Assembly: GCA_013239625.1 (NCBI GenBank)
Contig: MU053493.1
Span: 2,489,793-2,553,792 of the forward strand
Direction: 5' to 3'
Length of the DNA: 64,000 bases
DNA from: Lama guanicoe
Lineage: Eukaryota
Below the pieces are notes generated by a model. That model did not search any database and had not been told where the DNA came from. It saw only the letters and a list, made by a program, of their open reading frames with translations. The translations under genes and the position numbers were made by a program. This document shows positions 63,108-64,000 of the stretch, one piece after another (within the stretch, counting starts at the first letter, position 1; every line of letters starts with the position of its first letter).

Positions 63108-63784
63108 CCCTACTGCTTCTCTCCATCACAGGCTATGATCGGAGGTTCCCAGAGGTGCCTGCAGGCTCAATGATGCAGGTCTGGTCGTCTGGCCGCTTTA
63201 GGTTCCGTGTAAAAGAGTCTGCAAGCAGGACACTCATTCTTAAAGGATTTGCAGAGCCAATCAGACAGACAGAACGATACAGCAAAAAGGACCACGGACC
63301 AACTTGAATGGCCAAACTAGACAGAAGTGAGGGGCCAAAGTGCTGGCCCATTCAATGCGCACCTCTACTAAGAAGGGCACTGGCTTTGCGGGCACGCAGT
63401 CTTCTCACACAGCCTGGAGCCAGGAAAAGAGAGACATGGGGAGCATGCACATGTCCATAAGCATCTTCACACAAATCTTGGTATATGCCGTGACCAGCGA
63501 TCACAGCATGTCCTCACATCCTGTCCATGGACACAAGCTGGTGCATCCCACCACCTGAGATGCCCTGCTGACGTCTGCTGTCTGTTCCCACCCACCATGC
63601 TGGAGTCAGACCCCACAGCCTCATCCTCTAGCCATATAACAGGGCGTCCATCTCTAATTCTCCATATGCAGTGGCTAGGACACTGGAAAAATGAAATACT
63701 ATCTAGAAAATACATTCCAGAGGCTGTAAGAGATGGATTAATCAGGCAGCCCAATAGTGTCCAACTTGAAGAAAAAAAGTGTGT

Positions 63785-63912
63785 GGGGGGCAAGGGTAGA
63801 GCACAGTCATAGAGTGCATGCTTAGCATGCACCAAATCCTGGGTTCAATCCCCAGTACCTCTACTAAATAAATAAATCTAATTACCAATCCCCTCCAAAA
63901 AAAAAAAAAAAG
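63785..63912 (+). mobile_element. tRNA-derived (vic-1-like) SINE
   Basis: gcatgcttagcatgc...gggttcaatccccagtacctc plus polyA. Confidence 0.9.
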
Positions 63913-64000
63913 GACTGTGCATCTATGTTTAAAGGACCACCCCTCCAGAGTTCTGCAGTATGTTCCTCACTCTGCCCTGGAGAAACTCGACGAATGTTTG

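Overview
Mammalian genomic DNA, most likely from a camelid. The dominant SINE is a tRNA-derived element matching my recollection of the camelid vic-1 family, and it occurs alongside cetartiodactyl-type L1 3' ends. The window is intronic or intergenic and repeat-rich: 19 tRNA-derived SINE copies, many L1 fragments of different ages (nested, twin-primed and chimeric), a complete ERV1 solo LTR resembling MER41, MaLR LTRs, DNA-transposon relics, a U6 snRNA retropseudogene and a 110-N assembly gap. Only one host protein-coding exon is well supported: minus strand 55126-55258, VTPSSENPNGATSNVSQGKPSLRRIKGRLHRSKSLDSIDFCELT. I cannot name its gene with confidence. Almost all ORFs in the supplied track are spurious or L1-derived. 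I found no evidence of a new multi-gene system. The most notable observations are two L1 copies sharing the same captured ancient-L1 segment in their 3' UTR, the MER41-like LTR with an altered STAT site, short candidate stop-containing exons downstream of the coding exon, a possible U6-L1 chimera, a tailless SINE, and a SINE with a ~40-bp flanking duplication. Repeat family names come from recalled consensus sequences rather than a RepeatMasker run, and boundaries of old repeats are approximate.
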